Part shown: positions 15,991-25,071 of the stretch, piece by piece
Numbering within the stretch: position 1 is the first letter of the stretch
How the letters are laid out: each line of letters opens with the position of its first letter
Source of the DNA: Clostridiales bacterium
GTDB lineage: Bacteria; Bacillota; Clostridia; Saccharofermentanales; Saccharofermentanaceae
NCBI GenBank assembly: GCA_017478485.1
Contig: JAFVDI010000036.1
Location: forward strand, 2,747-34,746
DNA: 32,000 nucleotides
Reading direction: 5' to 3'
Program-made: the position numbers and the translations under genes
The notes under the pieces: model-generated
What the model was told of the DNA's origin: nothing
Databases searched by the model: none
Seen by the model: the letters and a program-made list of their open reading frames with translations, nothing else

Positions 15991-17028
15991 ATGGCTATTG
16001 AGAATGAAACAGCCGATCAGATCGTCAGAATGGTCATGCAAGGCAGCGAAGTTGTCTTAAGACTCTCAGGCGAAGCTTCTATGCGAGTAGCGCACATGAT
16101 CTACTCCGCCCTTCAAGGCGATCACACGACCAAAGGCAAGGCTACACTTTGGGAATTCCTGAAATCAGGTAAACCTCAAAAGGTATTCACCGTACCGGAA
16201 GAGTATCTCAAGGCGTTCACCACTGCCAGTAAAAAGTTCGGCTTCCCGTTCGTCATGTTGAAAGACAAAGCGGATAAGAAAGGCATGGTAGACATCATGG
16301 TCTATGCGACTGATGCTTCCAAGGTCAACCGCGTTCTTGAGAACCTTAAGCTTACCGTTAAGCAGGTCGAAACGATCAAGCCTGAGATCCTGTTAGATGA
16401 CGGCGAACTTGTAAAACCGCTGAACATGCAGTTTAAGGTCCCGCTTGAACTCATCGATAACATCCCTAATCCTGAAATGCAGAACAGAACGCTTTATGTT
16501 GAGCTTCAAAAGTATGCAGCTAGGATCAAGGCAAAAGGTCCCGGCTTCATAGAACCTGTCGGTCTTTTATGTAAGCCTGACGGCAGATATGAGATCCTTC
16601 CCGGACAGGGCTCCAAAAGGATCATGGCATTAAGACTTGCCGGTTATAAGGAAGCTGTTGCCGATATCGCGGTCCCGAACAAGGAAAATGTCGAGGTCAA
16701 AGCTGAAAATGTTGAGGAAAAGCCTGCTCAGGAAAGATCTGAAGCTCCCAAGACTCAGGAGAAAAAGGCTCCCGAAAAGCCAAACCCCACCAAAGAAGAG
16801 GGCCAGACCGTAAACCCTACTATGGCCCGAACGTCGAGAGATCCAGCGTCCGGGCAAAACTCCGTCAAGAGATCGAAAAACAAAGAAGACAGAACAATAT
16901 CGGACGATGCTGAAAAGAGACCTTCGGTCCGAAAGAAGTTAGAACAGGCGAAAATCATAGCCGCTGAAAAGCAGGCGGCAAAAGAGCTTGCTAAAGCAAC
17001 AGAAAAGATCATTCCCAAATCGAGGTGA
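15991..17028 (+). CDS. PcfB-family (DUF3801) protein fused to a degenerate ParB/Srx-like domain and a Lys/Glu/Pro-rich tail
   Basis: The N-terminus (QIVRMVMQGSEVVLRLSGEA...FGFPFVMLKD...VDIMVYATDASKVNRVLENL) is PcfB-like. Residues about 146-230 parallel the element's own ParB (VPLELIDNIPNPE ... CKPDGRYEILPGQGSKRIMALRLAGYKEAVADI). Confidence 0.8.
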   Translation: MAIENETADQIVRMVMQGSEVVLRLSGEASMRVAHMIYSALQGDHTTKGKATLWEFLKSGKPQKVFTVPEEYLKAFTTASKKFGFPFVMLKDKADKKGMVDIMVYATDASKVNRVLENLKLTVKQVETIKPEILLDDGELVKPLNMQFKVPLELIDNIPNPEMQNRTLYVELQKYAARIKAKGPGFIEPVGLLCKPDGRYEILPGQGSKRIMALRLAGYKEAVADIAVPNKENVEVKAENVEEKPAQERSEAPKTQEKKAPEKPNPTKEEGQTVNPTMARTSRDPASGQNSVKRSKNKEDRTISDDAEKRPSVRKKLEQAKIIAAEKQAAKELAKATEKIIPKSR

Positions 17029-17034
17029 TTACGC

Positions 17035-18876
17035 ATGCGGAAAGAAACTAATAAGTTTTCGGGTACGAGGATCGCCTTGTATCTTACAGGCCTCATCCCC
17101 GTGACATGGTTCGCACTAAAGTCAGCACCGTACTTCATCACAAATGGGCTTGTGGGGATCCTGGAAAATGCAGACGATATATTTAATAATCCGTTTCATA
17201 TAACACTTGGTAAGGGCAGCCTTCGGGTTGCCCTTATCTTTTGTCTCATATATGTGATCGGGATAGCGATATATCTCTCTACCGAAAAGAACTACAGGCA
17301 CCGTGAAGAGCACGGCTCTGCCAAATGGGGCGAGGCAGGCATCATAAACAAGCGGTATCAGGCTAAACCTGAGGAAGCAAACAAGATCCTGACTCAAAAT
17401 GTAAGGATAGGCTTTGACGGTCATAAACACAGAAGAAACCTCAATGTCCTGGTCGTCGGCGGTGCCGGCGCAGGCAAGACAAGGTTCTATGCCATGCCGA
17501 ATATCCTTCAGGCTAACAAAGAAACCAAGTTTTCAATGGTAGTCCTTGACCCTAAAGGCGGAACTCTCCGTTCATGCGGAAACTATCTTGTGGACCAGGG
17601 ATACGATGTCAGAGTCCTGGATCTGATCAACCTCGACAGGAGCCACTGCTATAACCCGTTCGTATACCTCGAAAGTGATGACGATATTCAAAGGCTGACT
17701 ACGAACCTCATAAAGAACACGACTCCAAAAGGCAGCCAGACAACGGATCCTTTCTGGGACCAGGCGGCTGAGATGCTGCTCAAGGCAGTGGTCTTCTATC
17801 TCTTCTATGAGGCTCCGCCCGAAGAGCAGAACTTTCCGATGGTCATGGACATGATCAGAGCAGGAGACGTCAACGAAAACGATTCCAACTACGAATCGCC
17901 TTTGGATATCCTTTTTGCACAGCTTGAGGAAAGAGACCCCGAGCATATAGCCTTGAAGTACTACAGAGGCTATCACTCAGGTGCTACCAAGACCTTGAAG
18001 TCAATCCAGATATCCCTTATCGCAAGGCTCGAGAAGTTCAACCTGCCTTCCCTTGCGAACATAACGCAGACCGATGAACTCAGGCTTCGTGAACTTGGTG
18101 AAAAGCCCGGAGCAATCTTTGCACTCATCCCGGATAACGACCAGTCCTTCAACTTCATTATCGGAATGCTCTACACTCAGCTGTTCCAACAGCTTTACAG
18201 GAGCGCCGATTTCGAACACAGCGGCCGTCTTCCCTACCATGTCCATTTCATAATGGACGAGTTTGCCAACGTTTGCCTCCCTGACTCGTTCGACTCTCTC
18301 CTGGCAACAATGCGTTCCCGTGAGATATCCGTAAGCATAATCTTGCAGAACCTTGCTCAGCTGAAGGCTCTATTTGAAAAGAACTGGGAATCCATCGTAG
18401 GCAACTGCGACGAATTCCTCTATTTAGGCGGCAATGAGCAAGGAACGCATAAGTATGTCAGCGAGCTCTTAGGCAAGGAAACGATCGATACGAACTCCTA
18501 CGGCCAGAACAAAGGACGAAACGGGAGCTTTACCAAGAACAGCCAAATCCAGGCAAGAGATCTCATGACACCCGACGAGGTCAGAATGCTCGATAACAGA
18601 TACGGGATCCTCTTCATCAGAGGCGAGTACCCGGTCATGGACCTTAAGTATGATCTCATGAAGCATCCGAAGATCGCATTCACGGAAGAAGGCGGAGCCG
18701 AGCCGTTTATCCACGGCAGAGATAACAATTCCATCGCCAAGATCAGTCTCGTCGGTGACGATCCTGAAATCAGGAGCAAAGCCATCGACCTCGAAAAGAT
18801 CGTCAAAGACAAACACGAGTATTCGGTCCTCACCAGTGAGGATCTCGAAAAACGATTATCAAAACAAGGAGATTAA
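17035..18876 (+). CDS. type IV coupling protein (VirD4/TraG family)
   Basis: N-terminal TM helices. Walker A VVGGAGAGKT and Walker B HFIMDEFAN. Confidence 0.93.
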   Translation: MRKETNKFSGTRIALYLTGLIPVTWFALKSAPYFITNGLVGILENADDIFNNPFHITLGKGSLRVALIFCLIYVIGIAIYLSTEKNYRHREEHGSAKWGEAGIINKRYQAKPEEANKILTQNVRIGFDGHKHRRNLNVLVVGGAGAGKTRFYAMPNILQANKETKFSMVVLDPKGGTLRSCGNYLVDQGYDVRVLDLINLDRSHCYNPFVYLESDDDIQRLTTNLIKNTTPKGSQTTDPFWDQAAEMLLKAVVFYLFYEAPPEEQNFPMVMDMIRAGDVNENDSNYESPLDILFAQLEERDPEHIALKYYRGYHSGATKTLKSIQISLIARLEKFNLPSLANITQTDELRLRELGEKPGAIFALIPDNDQSFNFIIGMLYTQLFQQLYRSADFEHSGRLPYHVHFIMDEFANVCLPDSFDSLLATMRSREISVSIILQNLAQLKALFEKNWESIVGNCDEFLYLGGNEQGTHKYVSELLGKETIDTNSYGQNKGRNGSFTKNSQIQARDLMTPDEVRMLDNRYGILFIRGEYPVMDLKYDLMKHPKIAFTEEGGAEPFIHGRDNNSIAKISLVGDDPEIRSKAIDLEKIVKDKHEYSVLTSEDLEKRLSKQGD

Positions 18877-18880
18877 GCTT

Positions 18881-19231
18881 ATGAATCACAAGATTAACAA
18901 TGTTACAAACCTTGAAAAAGACAAGAGAAAAGCAATTCTGAAGCGCTATTTGGCAATTTCTGTAGCAGTTGCCGTAGTTTGTGTAGCCATGGTACCGGTC
19001 TTTGCTGCCAGTGATGCGGAAAAGGCTATCAAGAACATGTCTGACATCATATTCGGCATCATCAGGTCGATCGGTGTCATCCTCGCTGGTTGGGGTCTTG
19101 TCCAGGTCGGTATGAGCTTCCAGAGCCACGATCCTTCCCAGCGTTCACAGGGCTTCCTTTGCCTTGCCGGCGGTCTCATCATCGTCTTTGCCAAGTCCAT
19201 CCTTCAGGCAATCGCTCCCGGTGTCATCTGA
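18881..19231 (+). CDS. Maff2-family small membrane protein (VirB2/TrbC-like pilin candidate)
   Basis: ATG 18881 after AAGGAG. Two hydrophobic helices (LAISVAVAVVCVAMVPVFA; IGVILAGWGLVQVG...GGLIIVFAK). Its position between the coupling protein and the VirB6-like gene is typical. Confidence 0.75.
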   Translation: MNHKINNVTNLEKDKRKAILKRYLAISVAVAVVCVAMVPVFAASDAEKAIKNMSDIIFGIIRSIGVILAGWGLVQVGMSFQSHDPSQRSQGFLCLAGGLIIVFAKSILQAIAPGVI

Positions 19232-19246
19232 TAAGGGGGTGATCTG

Positions 19247-20083
19247 ATGGGTACCGCTGCTTGGTTTGAGCTCATGCAGGGTCTTCAGTACCTTGGCTCG
19301 ATGCTCAAAAAGATGTGGGCTATCCTTACTACTTCACCTCAGTCATTTAAAGGCGGCGCCATCTGGAAGGTCATTACCACCATCAACGGTGCTTTGGGCG
19401 CAATCGGCACGGCTCTCCTGGTCTTGTTCTTCACGGTCGGCGTGATAAAGACCTGCGGGAGCTTTGCCGAGCTCAAAAAGCCTGAAACGGCAGTAAAGGT
19501 GTTTGTACGGTTTGCGATAGCCAAAGCCCTTATAAACAACTGCCTTAAGCTCATGGTGAACTTCGTCACCATCGTCCAAAGCGTCATAGCAAAGGTGGCC
19601 GCTTCCAGCAAGATCGGCACTGCCCTCGAGTTTTCCATACCAACCAAAGTCAAAACGACCATGGAAGGTGTCGGAATCCTTGATGGTGCCATCCCATTAT
19701 GGGCTGTCTGCTTCATTGCGCATATCGCGTTCATAGTAGTCGGCATTATCCTGCTTCTAACCGTGTACGGCAGGTTCTTCAGGATCTATATGTATACGGC
19801 TATAGCACCTATACCGCTTTCTACTATGGCAGGCCAGCCTACGGAAAACATCGCCAAGAGCTTCCTTAAAAGCTATGCAGGCGTCTGTCTTCAGGGCGTC
19901 GTTATCGTGCTCGCGTGCGTCATCTTCACCGCTTATGCAGGTTCAATGCCGGAAATCGATACGACCAAGGAACCGCTTGCGATGGTATGGAGCTATGTAA
20001 GTGAGGTCTTATTCAACATGTTGGTCTTGCTCGGCCTCGTTAAGGGCTCTGACAGGATAATCCACGACATGATGGGCTTGTAA
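19247..20083 (+). CDS. polytopic membrane protein, VirB6/TrbL-like (CD0415/CD1112-type)
   Basis: Multiple TM helices. Position between Maff2 and PrgI. RBS AAGGGGGTGA. Confidence 0.75.
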   Translation: MGTAAWFELMQGLQYLGSMLKKMWAILTTSPQSFKGGAIWKVITTINGALGAIGTALLVLFFTVGVIKTCGSFAELKKPETAVKVFVRFAIAKALINNCLKLMVNFVTIVQSVIAKVAASSKIGTALEFSIPTKVKTTMEGVGILDGAIPLWAVCFIAHIAFIVVGIILLLTVYGRFFRIYMYTAIAPIPLSTMAGQPTENIAKSFLKSYAGVCLQGVVIVLACVIFTAYAGSMPEIDTTKEPLAMVWSYVSEVLFNMLVLLGLVKGSDRIIHDMMGL

Positions 20084-20094
20084 GGAGAAAACAC

Positions 20095-20484
20095 ATGGAA
20101 ATAAACATAAACAAAGACATCAGAGAATATACCGAAGGCGTTTTCTTCGGACTTAACATCCGCCAGCTGATCTGCTCCGGTTGTGCTATTGCTTCTGCCG
20201 TTGGGATCTACTTCGGCATGCGGGAAAAGATATCCCAGGATGCAATTACTTACCTCTGTATAGCCGCTGCTCTGCCTTTTGCTGCGATCGGCTTTATCAA
20301 GTACAACGGCATGCCAATGGAGAAGATCTTCGTGGCATGGTTCAAGGATTGCTTCCTCTGCCCCAGAAAGCTTAATTGCAGGGCCAACAACATCTATAAG
20401 GAAGCGCTTAAGGATTATTTCGATGCAAAAGAAAAGGAGGCTATGAATGCTCAAGAGCATAATGACACTGCTGAAGCAGGATAA
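20095..20484 (+). CDS. PrgI-family (VirB3-like) membrane protein
   Basis: The N-terminus NKDIREYTEGVFFGLNIRQLICSG plus two TM helices is typical of PrgI. It overlaps the virB4 start by 38 nt. Confidence 0.8.
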   Translation: MEININKDIREYTEGVFFGLNIRQLICSGCAIASAVGIYFGMREKISQDAITYLCIAAALPFAAIGFIKYNGMPMEKIFVAWFKDCFLCPRKLNCRANNIYKEALKDYFDAKEKEAMNAQEHNDTAEAG

Positions 20485-22801
20485 GGAGGCTTTCAAGGTC
20501 CCAAGAAGGGTTCAGGACCTCGTTCCAATTAAACGGATCTGGCCTGACGGAATCTTTCAGGTAGGCACGAACAAGTTCGCCAAAACCTGGAAGTTTTCGG
20601 ATATCAACTATCTGGTGGCAAGTGAAGGAGATAAAGAGAACATGTTCCTGCTCTATTCCGACGTTCTCAATTCCTTTGACAGTGCTGCTACGACCAAGAT
20701 CACGGTAAACAACCACAGGCTCAACAAGAAGGACTTCGAGAACTCGATCCTCATGCCGATGAAGCATGACGGCCTTGACGATTACCGTCAGGAGTATAAC
20801 GACATGCTCCTGGAAAAGGCTACCGGTGCTAACGGCATCACTCAGGAGAAGTATATAACCGTGTCCATCAACAAAAGAAGCGTTGAGGATGCGCGAATCT
20901 ACTTCGCCAGGACCGGAGCTGACCTTCAGATGCGTTTTGCTTCTTTAGGCAGCAGGCTTGAAGAACTGGATGCTCTGGAAAAACTTCGTATCCTTCACGA
21001 CTTCTACCGTCAGGGCGATGAGACCACATTCGAGTTCGATATGGCCAAGAGAGCCAAGCTCGGTCATGACTTCCGTGACTATATATGTCCGGATACGATC
21101 GAACGCGGCACGGACTATATCAAGCTCGGTGAGAAATATGTCAGAGTACTGTTTCTCAAGGACTACGGCAACTATATCAGCGATGACACCATTGCCGAGC
21201 TTACCGACATGAACAGAAACCTGATGCTTTCAATTGATGTTCTCTCCGTCCCCACAGATGAAGCGATCCGTGAGGTCGAGAACAAGCTATTAGGCGTTGA
21301 GACCAACATCACCAACTGGCAGAGAAAGCAGAACCAGAACAATAACTTCTCAGCTGTTATCCCATACGATATGGAGTTGCAGCGTAACAAGACAAAGGAG
21401 TTCCTGGCTGACCTCACAACCCGTGACCAGCGAATGATGCTCTGCCTCATCACAATGGCGATCACATCTGAGAGCAAGGAACTGCTTGATCTCGATACCG
21501 AAAGTCTTCAGGCCGTCGCCAAAGGCAGACATTGCCAGATGGCGGTCCTCAAGTGGCAGCAGGCGGACGCGCTCAACATCGTCCTCCCCTTCGGAGTCAG
21601 GAAGATAGACTGTTTCAGGACCCTTAACACGGAATCCCTGGCAGTATTCCTTCCCTTCAAAACGCAGGAAATCATGGACAAAGGCGGGATCTACTACGGC
21701 GAGAACGCTATTTCCCATAACCTTATCATGTGCAACAAGGAGAACCTCTTAAACCAGTCCGCCTTCCTTTTGGGCGTTCCCGGTTCGGGCAAGTCTTTCT
21801 CGGCTAAGGAGCTCATCACCTTCCTTATGCTCAATACGGATGACGACATCCTTATCTGCGATCCTGAGGGCGAGTACGCGCCTCTTGTTGAAGCAATGGG
21901 CCCTGAAATGGGCTCTGTCATTAGGGTTTCGGCCGGCGGAAGAGACAGGCTCAATGCGATGTATATGGTTGACGGCTATGGTGAGAACGACCCTATCGTA
22001 GTTAAGTCACAGTTCATCATGTCCCTTGTTGAGCAGATTGATAAAAAAGGCGTCGGGCCTCAACAGAAGTCCATAATCGACCGCTGTGCCGCAGCCGTTT
22101 ACCGGGATGCCGAGAAAACTAAGTCTTCAGGCGGTCCTGTCCCTACCCTCTGCACTTTCCGTGAGAAGCTCTTGGAACAGCCGGAGCGTGAAGCAAAGCA
22201 GATAGCGTTATCGCTTGAGCTCTTCACTACCGGATCTCTTGATATCTTCGGGCGTGAAAGCAATGTAGATATGGACAAGAGGGTCGTCGTTTTCGATATA
22301 CACGGCTTAGGCAGCCAGCTTAAGCCCACGGGACTTCTTGTCATAACGGACACTATGCTTAACCGAGTAACCCTTAATTGGAAGAAAGGTAAGCGTACAC
22401 ATGTCTTTATCGACGAGTTCCATGTCGTATTCGAAAACGAGTTCTCGGCACAGTTCTTTAACTCTGCCTGGAGACAGTTCCGTAAAAGGAACGCCTACCC
22501 TACCGCCATCACGCAGAATGTCGAGTATCTTTTGGACTCCATTCAGGCATCCACGATGCTTTCCAACTCGGAGTTCGTAATAATGCTCAACCAGGCAGCA
22601 TCGGACAGGGCCAAGCTTGCAAAGCTTTTGAACATCTCCGATATTCAGATGCGTTATATCACTAACGCGCCTGCAGGCACGGGTCTTATCAAGTACGGTG
22701 CCGCTCTCGTACCTTTCGTTAATAAGTTCAATAAGGATACGAAGCTCTACCACTTGATGACTACAAAGCCATCAGATAACGGAAAGTTTGCAAGCGGTTA
22801 A
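20447..22801 (+). CDS. virB4: VirB4-family conjugal transfer ATPase
   Basis: Walker A LLGVPGSGKS and Walker B HVFIDEFH. 784 aa. RBS GGAGG 6 nt upstream. Confidence 0.93.
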   Translation: MLKSIMTLLKQDKEAFKVPRRVQDLVPIKRIWPDGIFQVGTNKFAKTWKFSDINYLVASEGDKENMFLLYSDVLNSFDSAATTKITVNNHRLNKKDFENSILMPMKHDGLDDYRQEYNDMLLEKATGANGITQEKYITVSINKRSVEDARIYFARTGADLQMRFASLGSRLEELDALEKLRILHDFYRQGDETTFEFDMAKRAKLGHDFRDYICPDTIERGTDYIKLGEKYVRVLFLKDYGNYISDDTIAELTDMNRNLMLSIDVLSVPTDEAIREVENKLLGVETNITNWQRKQNQNNNFSAVIPYDMELQRNKTKEFLADLTTRDQRMMLCLITMAITSESKELLDLDTESLQAVAKGRHCQMAVLKWQQADALNIVLPFGVRKIDCFRTLNTESLAVFLPFKTQEIMDKGGIYYGENAISHNLIMCNKENLLNQSAFLLGVPGSGKSFSAKELITFLMLNTDDDILICDPEGEYAPLVEAMGPEMGSVIRVSAGGRDRLNAMYMVDGYGENDPIVVKSQFIMSLVEQIDKKGVGPQQKSIIDRCAAAVYRDAEKTKSSGGPVPTLCTFREKLLEQPEREAKQIALSLELFTTGSLDIFGRESNVDMDKRVVVFDIHGLGSQLKPTGLLVITDTMLNRVTLNWKKGKRTHVFIDEFHVVFENEFSAQFFNSAWRQFRKRNAYPTAITQNVEYLLDSIQASTMLSNSEFVIMLNQAASDRAKLAKLLNISDIQMRYITNAPAGTGLIKYGAALVPFVNKFNKDTKLYHLMTTKPSDNGKFASG

Positions 22802-22915
22802 TACCTTCTTAATTCCATTCCATGCCTTGCATGGTAGTATAAGTTAAGAACTTCGACGTACCATGTACCCTACCTTTCAAATATCCTCTTATTGGTATGT
22901 CACATCACCCCCTAA

Positions 22916-22945
22916 CCCCTTGTCACAAGTTGACAAGGGGTTTTT
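22916..22945 (+). terminator. strong rho-independent terminator after virB4
   Basis: CCCCTTGTCA (22916-22925), loop CAAGT, TGACAAGGGG (22931-22940), then TTTTT (22941-22945). Confidence 0.85.
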
Positions 22946-22967
22946 ACATGAGCACGGCAAGTTTTCG

Positions 22968-22996
22968 TTGATTTGTTTTGTTCAAAAACATATACT
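22968..22996 (+). promoter_or_regulatory. sigma-A type promoter for the PLD-ATPase cassette
   Basis: TTGATT (22968-22973), 17-nt spacer, TATACT (22991-22996). It ends about 32 nt upstream of the ATG at 23029. Confidence 0.55.
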
Positions 22997-23028
22997 TTTA
23001 TTTATTGAACTATTTGACAGGAGGCGTT

Positions 23029-25071
23029 ATGGAAAACAGTCAAGTATCCATATTTGATTTGTCTGGAACTGTAAAAGAGAAGAGTTTACAGGCGGTTTTA
23101 TGCAAATATGAAGAAATCTACGACACGAACTTTGAAGAATTATTTACTGGCTTTGATGACATCAAGGTTTTAACCTTCTCATATGGTATGGGTTTTATTA
23201 ACAAGACCTTAAAACTGTTTAGGACAGCGGAAATTATTCTCGGGTCGGAGTTCCGTGTTAAATATGATATCAAGGAAGTCATGGCCGCCCAAGAAGATGA
23301 CGCCCCATTTATGACTTTTCAGGCTTCATGTCTAAGAGGAATAAGGCGTAACAAGTATCTTGTTGATAGGATTCTTAATGATGAAGTCTCCGTTTATCTG
23401 GCAAAAGAAATTATTGCTCATGAAAAGTTGTATATCCTTACAGCCGAGAACGGATCCACTAGAGTAATTTGCGGCTCGGCAAACTTTTCGGATAAAGCTT
23501 TTGAAGGCGGAAGTCAAAGAGAAAGCATTCTTGTGTTCAATAATGATCCCGGTGCATATGAATGGGCTATGAATGAATTCGACATGGTAAAGGATATGAG
23601 CACACAAGAAATAATCAAAAGTGCCATATACTACAGTGAAACCGGTCTTCCAAAAGATGAAAAAGATGAAATCAAGGAAATACCAATAGTTGCCGAAGCC
23701 ATTGCCAAAGAAGCCGGAATCATTCTTGAATCCGAAAGTGTTGTCTCTGATGATGAATACCAGTTTGCAGTAGATGTAAGCAACTTCAAGAATAGAATTA
23801 AAGGTGTTGTGAATGCGGTCGCAAAGAAAGACGCGATAGGTAAGGTTCTGATAACACCAATTAAAACTAATGATCTTATAAGATCATTCCGTAAAAAGGT
23901 TGTTAAGGAGGCTGAAATCCGAAAAGTACACCCGGAGTTTTCTGTAGATCTTTTGAATCATAAAGCGGTACTTAACGACAAAGAATTCAATCTGGATCCA
24001 TCTCAAGAAATGGTAAAGGCGGATATTGAGGCTTTAGACAGGTTCTTTTCAGGATATGACAGATTTCTTGGAAATGTCGAAAATACAAAGAATCAGTTTT
24101 TTCTTCTGATGAATTATATGTTTTTGACTCCCTTTGTCGGAAAGGTCCGTAACACAGCATATAGGCATAAGTATGCTTCTATCTACTACCCTGTTTTCGC
24201 CGTTCTTGTTGGAGACAAAAACTCTGGAAAATCCTCTTTTGTTAAGGTTATCCAAAAGTTTATGTTCTTAAAGGATCTGCAGTCATTCACAGGAGAACAC
24301 TGGACTAAGACAACAGTACGCGGACTTATGCAGAATGTGTCCGAAATACCGATTTTAATCGATGATATCAGCAGAACAAGGTTTAAGGAAAATGCTGATG
24401 AGATCATTAAAGAGGATGACAATATAAATCAATCGGGTATTACGACCATCCCTTCTTTTGTTCTGACATCAAACGACATCACTACAAGTATTGAGCCGGC
24501 TCTAAAAAAACGAATGCTATATATAACTTCCGATTTGAAGTTGGATAATGTAAATGCGGCACACATGCACAAACTTGTTCATGACAATATCGAAAATCTG
24601 AACGGTTCATTCTACTGTAAGTACTTGAGTAAGATGATTGACAGAGTTAATGATTTGCTTGAATTGATCAAATCAGACAAAGCAGAAGACGAGAACTGGC
24701 ATCCTGATCTCTTTAAGATTTCATCCGAAACAATTTGCGAAATCGTAAGCGAAGCCTGTGGTACAACCCCGAAATACATGAGAAAAGTCACTTTTGAAGA
24801 TTATTTCGGTGTAGATACTGCCATGACACGCGATATCAAAGCAGAGATCATTACAAACTACCAGCACAACAAAAGAGCTTTTGTTATTGACCGTAAACGC
24901 AACAAGTTGGTCTATACTCCAGGTGAAAAACAATATGAAGCAAGACGATATGCCGATGCCCTTCCCGAATTTCTCGAGGCAAAAGTGCAAAATAACTATA
25001 TACTAATGGAGTTGGATAAAGCAGAAGAATTCTTTGGAATTAAGTTCAAGAGAGGTTTTCGGTTTAGATAA
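23029..25071 (+). CDS. fusion protein: N-terminal single-HKD phospholipase-D-family nuclease domain plus C-terminal SF3 (D5/P4-type) P-loop NTPase (680 aa)
   Basis: ATG 23029 after AGGAGG. HKD motif H131-E-K...GSAN152 (AHEKLYILTAENGSTRVICGSANFS, nt 23419-23484). Walker A GDKNSGKS (24211-24234), Walker B ILIDD (D445/D446), motif C FVLTSN (N482), followed by ALKKRMLYI. Confidence 0.8.
   Translation: MENSQVSIFDLSGTVKEKSLQAVLCKYEEIYDTNFEELFTGFDDIKVLTFSYGMGFINKTLKLFRTAEIILGSEFRVKYDIKEVMAAQEDDAPFMTFQASCLRGIRRNKYLVDRILNDEVSVYLAKEIIAHEKLYILTAENGSTRVICGSANFSDKAFEGGSQRESILVFNNDPGAYEWAMNEFDMVKDMSTQEIIKSAIYYSETGLPKDEKDEIKEIPIVAEAIAKEAGIILESESVVSDDEYQFAVDVSNFKNRIKGVVNAVAKKDAIGKVLITPIKTNDLIRSFRKKVVKEAEIRKVHPEFSVDLLNHKAVLNDKEFNLDPSQEMVKADIEALDRFFSGYDRFLGNVENTKNQFFLLMNYMFLTPFVGKVRNTAYRHKYASIYYPVFAVLVGDKNSGKSSFVKVIQKFMFLKDLQSFTGEHWTKTTVRGLMQNVSEIPILIDDISRTRFKENADEIIKEDDNINQSGITTIPSFVLTSNDITTSIEPALKKRMLYITSDLKLDNVNAAHMHKLVHDNIENLNGSFYCKYLSKMIDRVNDLLELIKSDKAEDENWHPDLFKISSETICEIVSEACGTTPKYMRKVTFEDYFGVDTAMTRDIKAEIITNYQHNKRAFVIDRKRNKLVYTPGEKQYEARRYADALPEFLEAKVQNNYILMELDKAEEFFGIKFKRGFRFR

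Noticed and set aside
22978-23028. 17-codon upstream extension of the PLD-ATPase ORF as listed in the ORF track
   Set aside because: The extension begins at a non-ATG codon inside the promoter region. The ATG at 23029 is preceded by AGGAGG.
22863-23057. 64-aa + strand ORF between virB4 and the PLD-ATPase gene
   Set aside because: It runs straight through the terminator hairpin and the predicted promoter, and it has no RBS.
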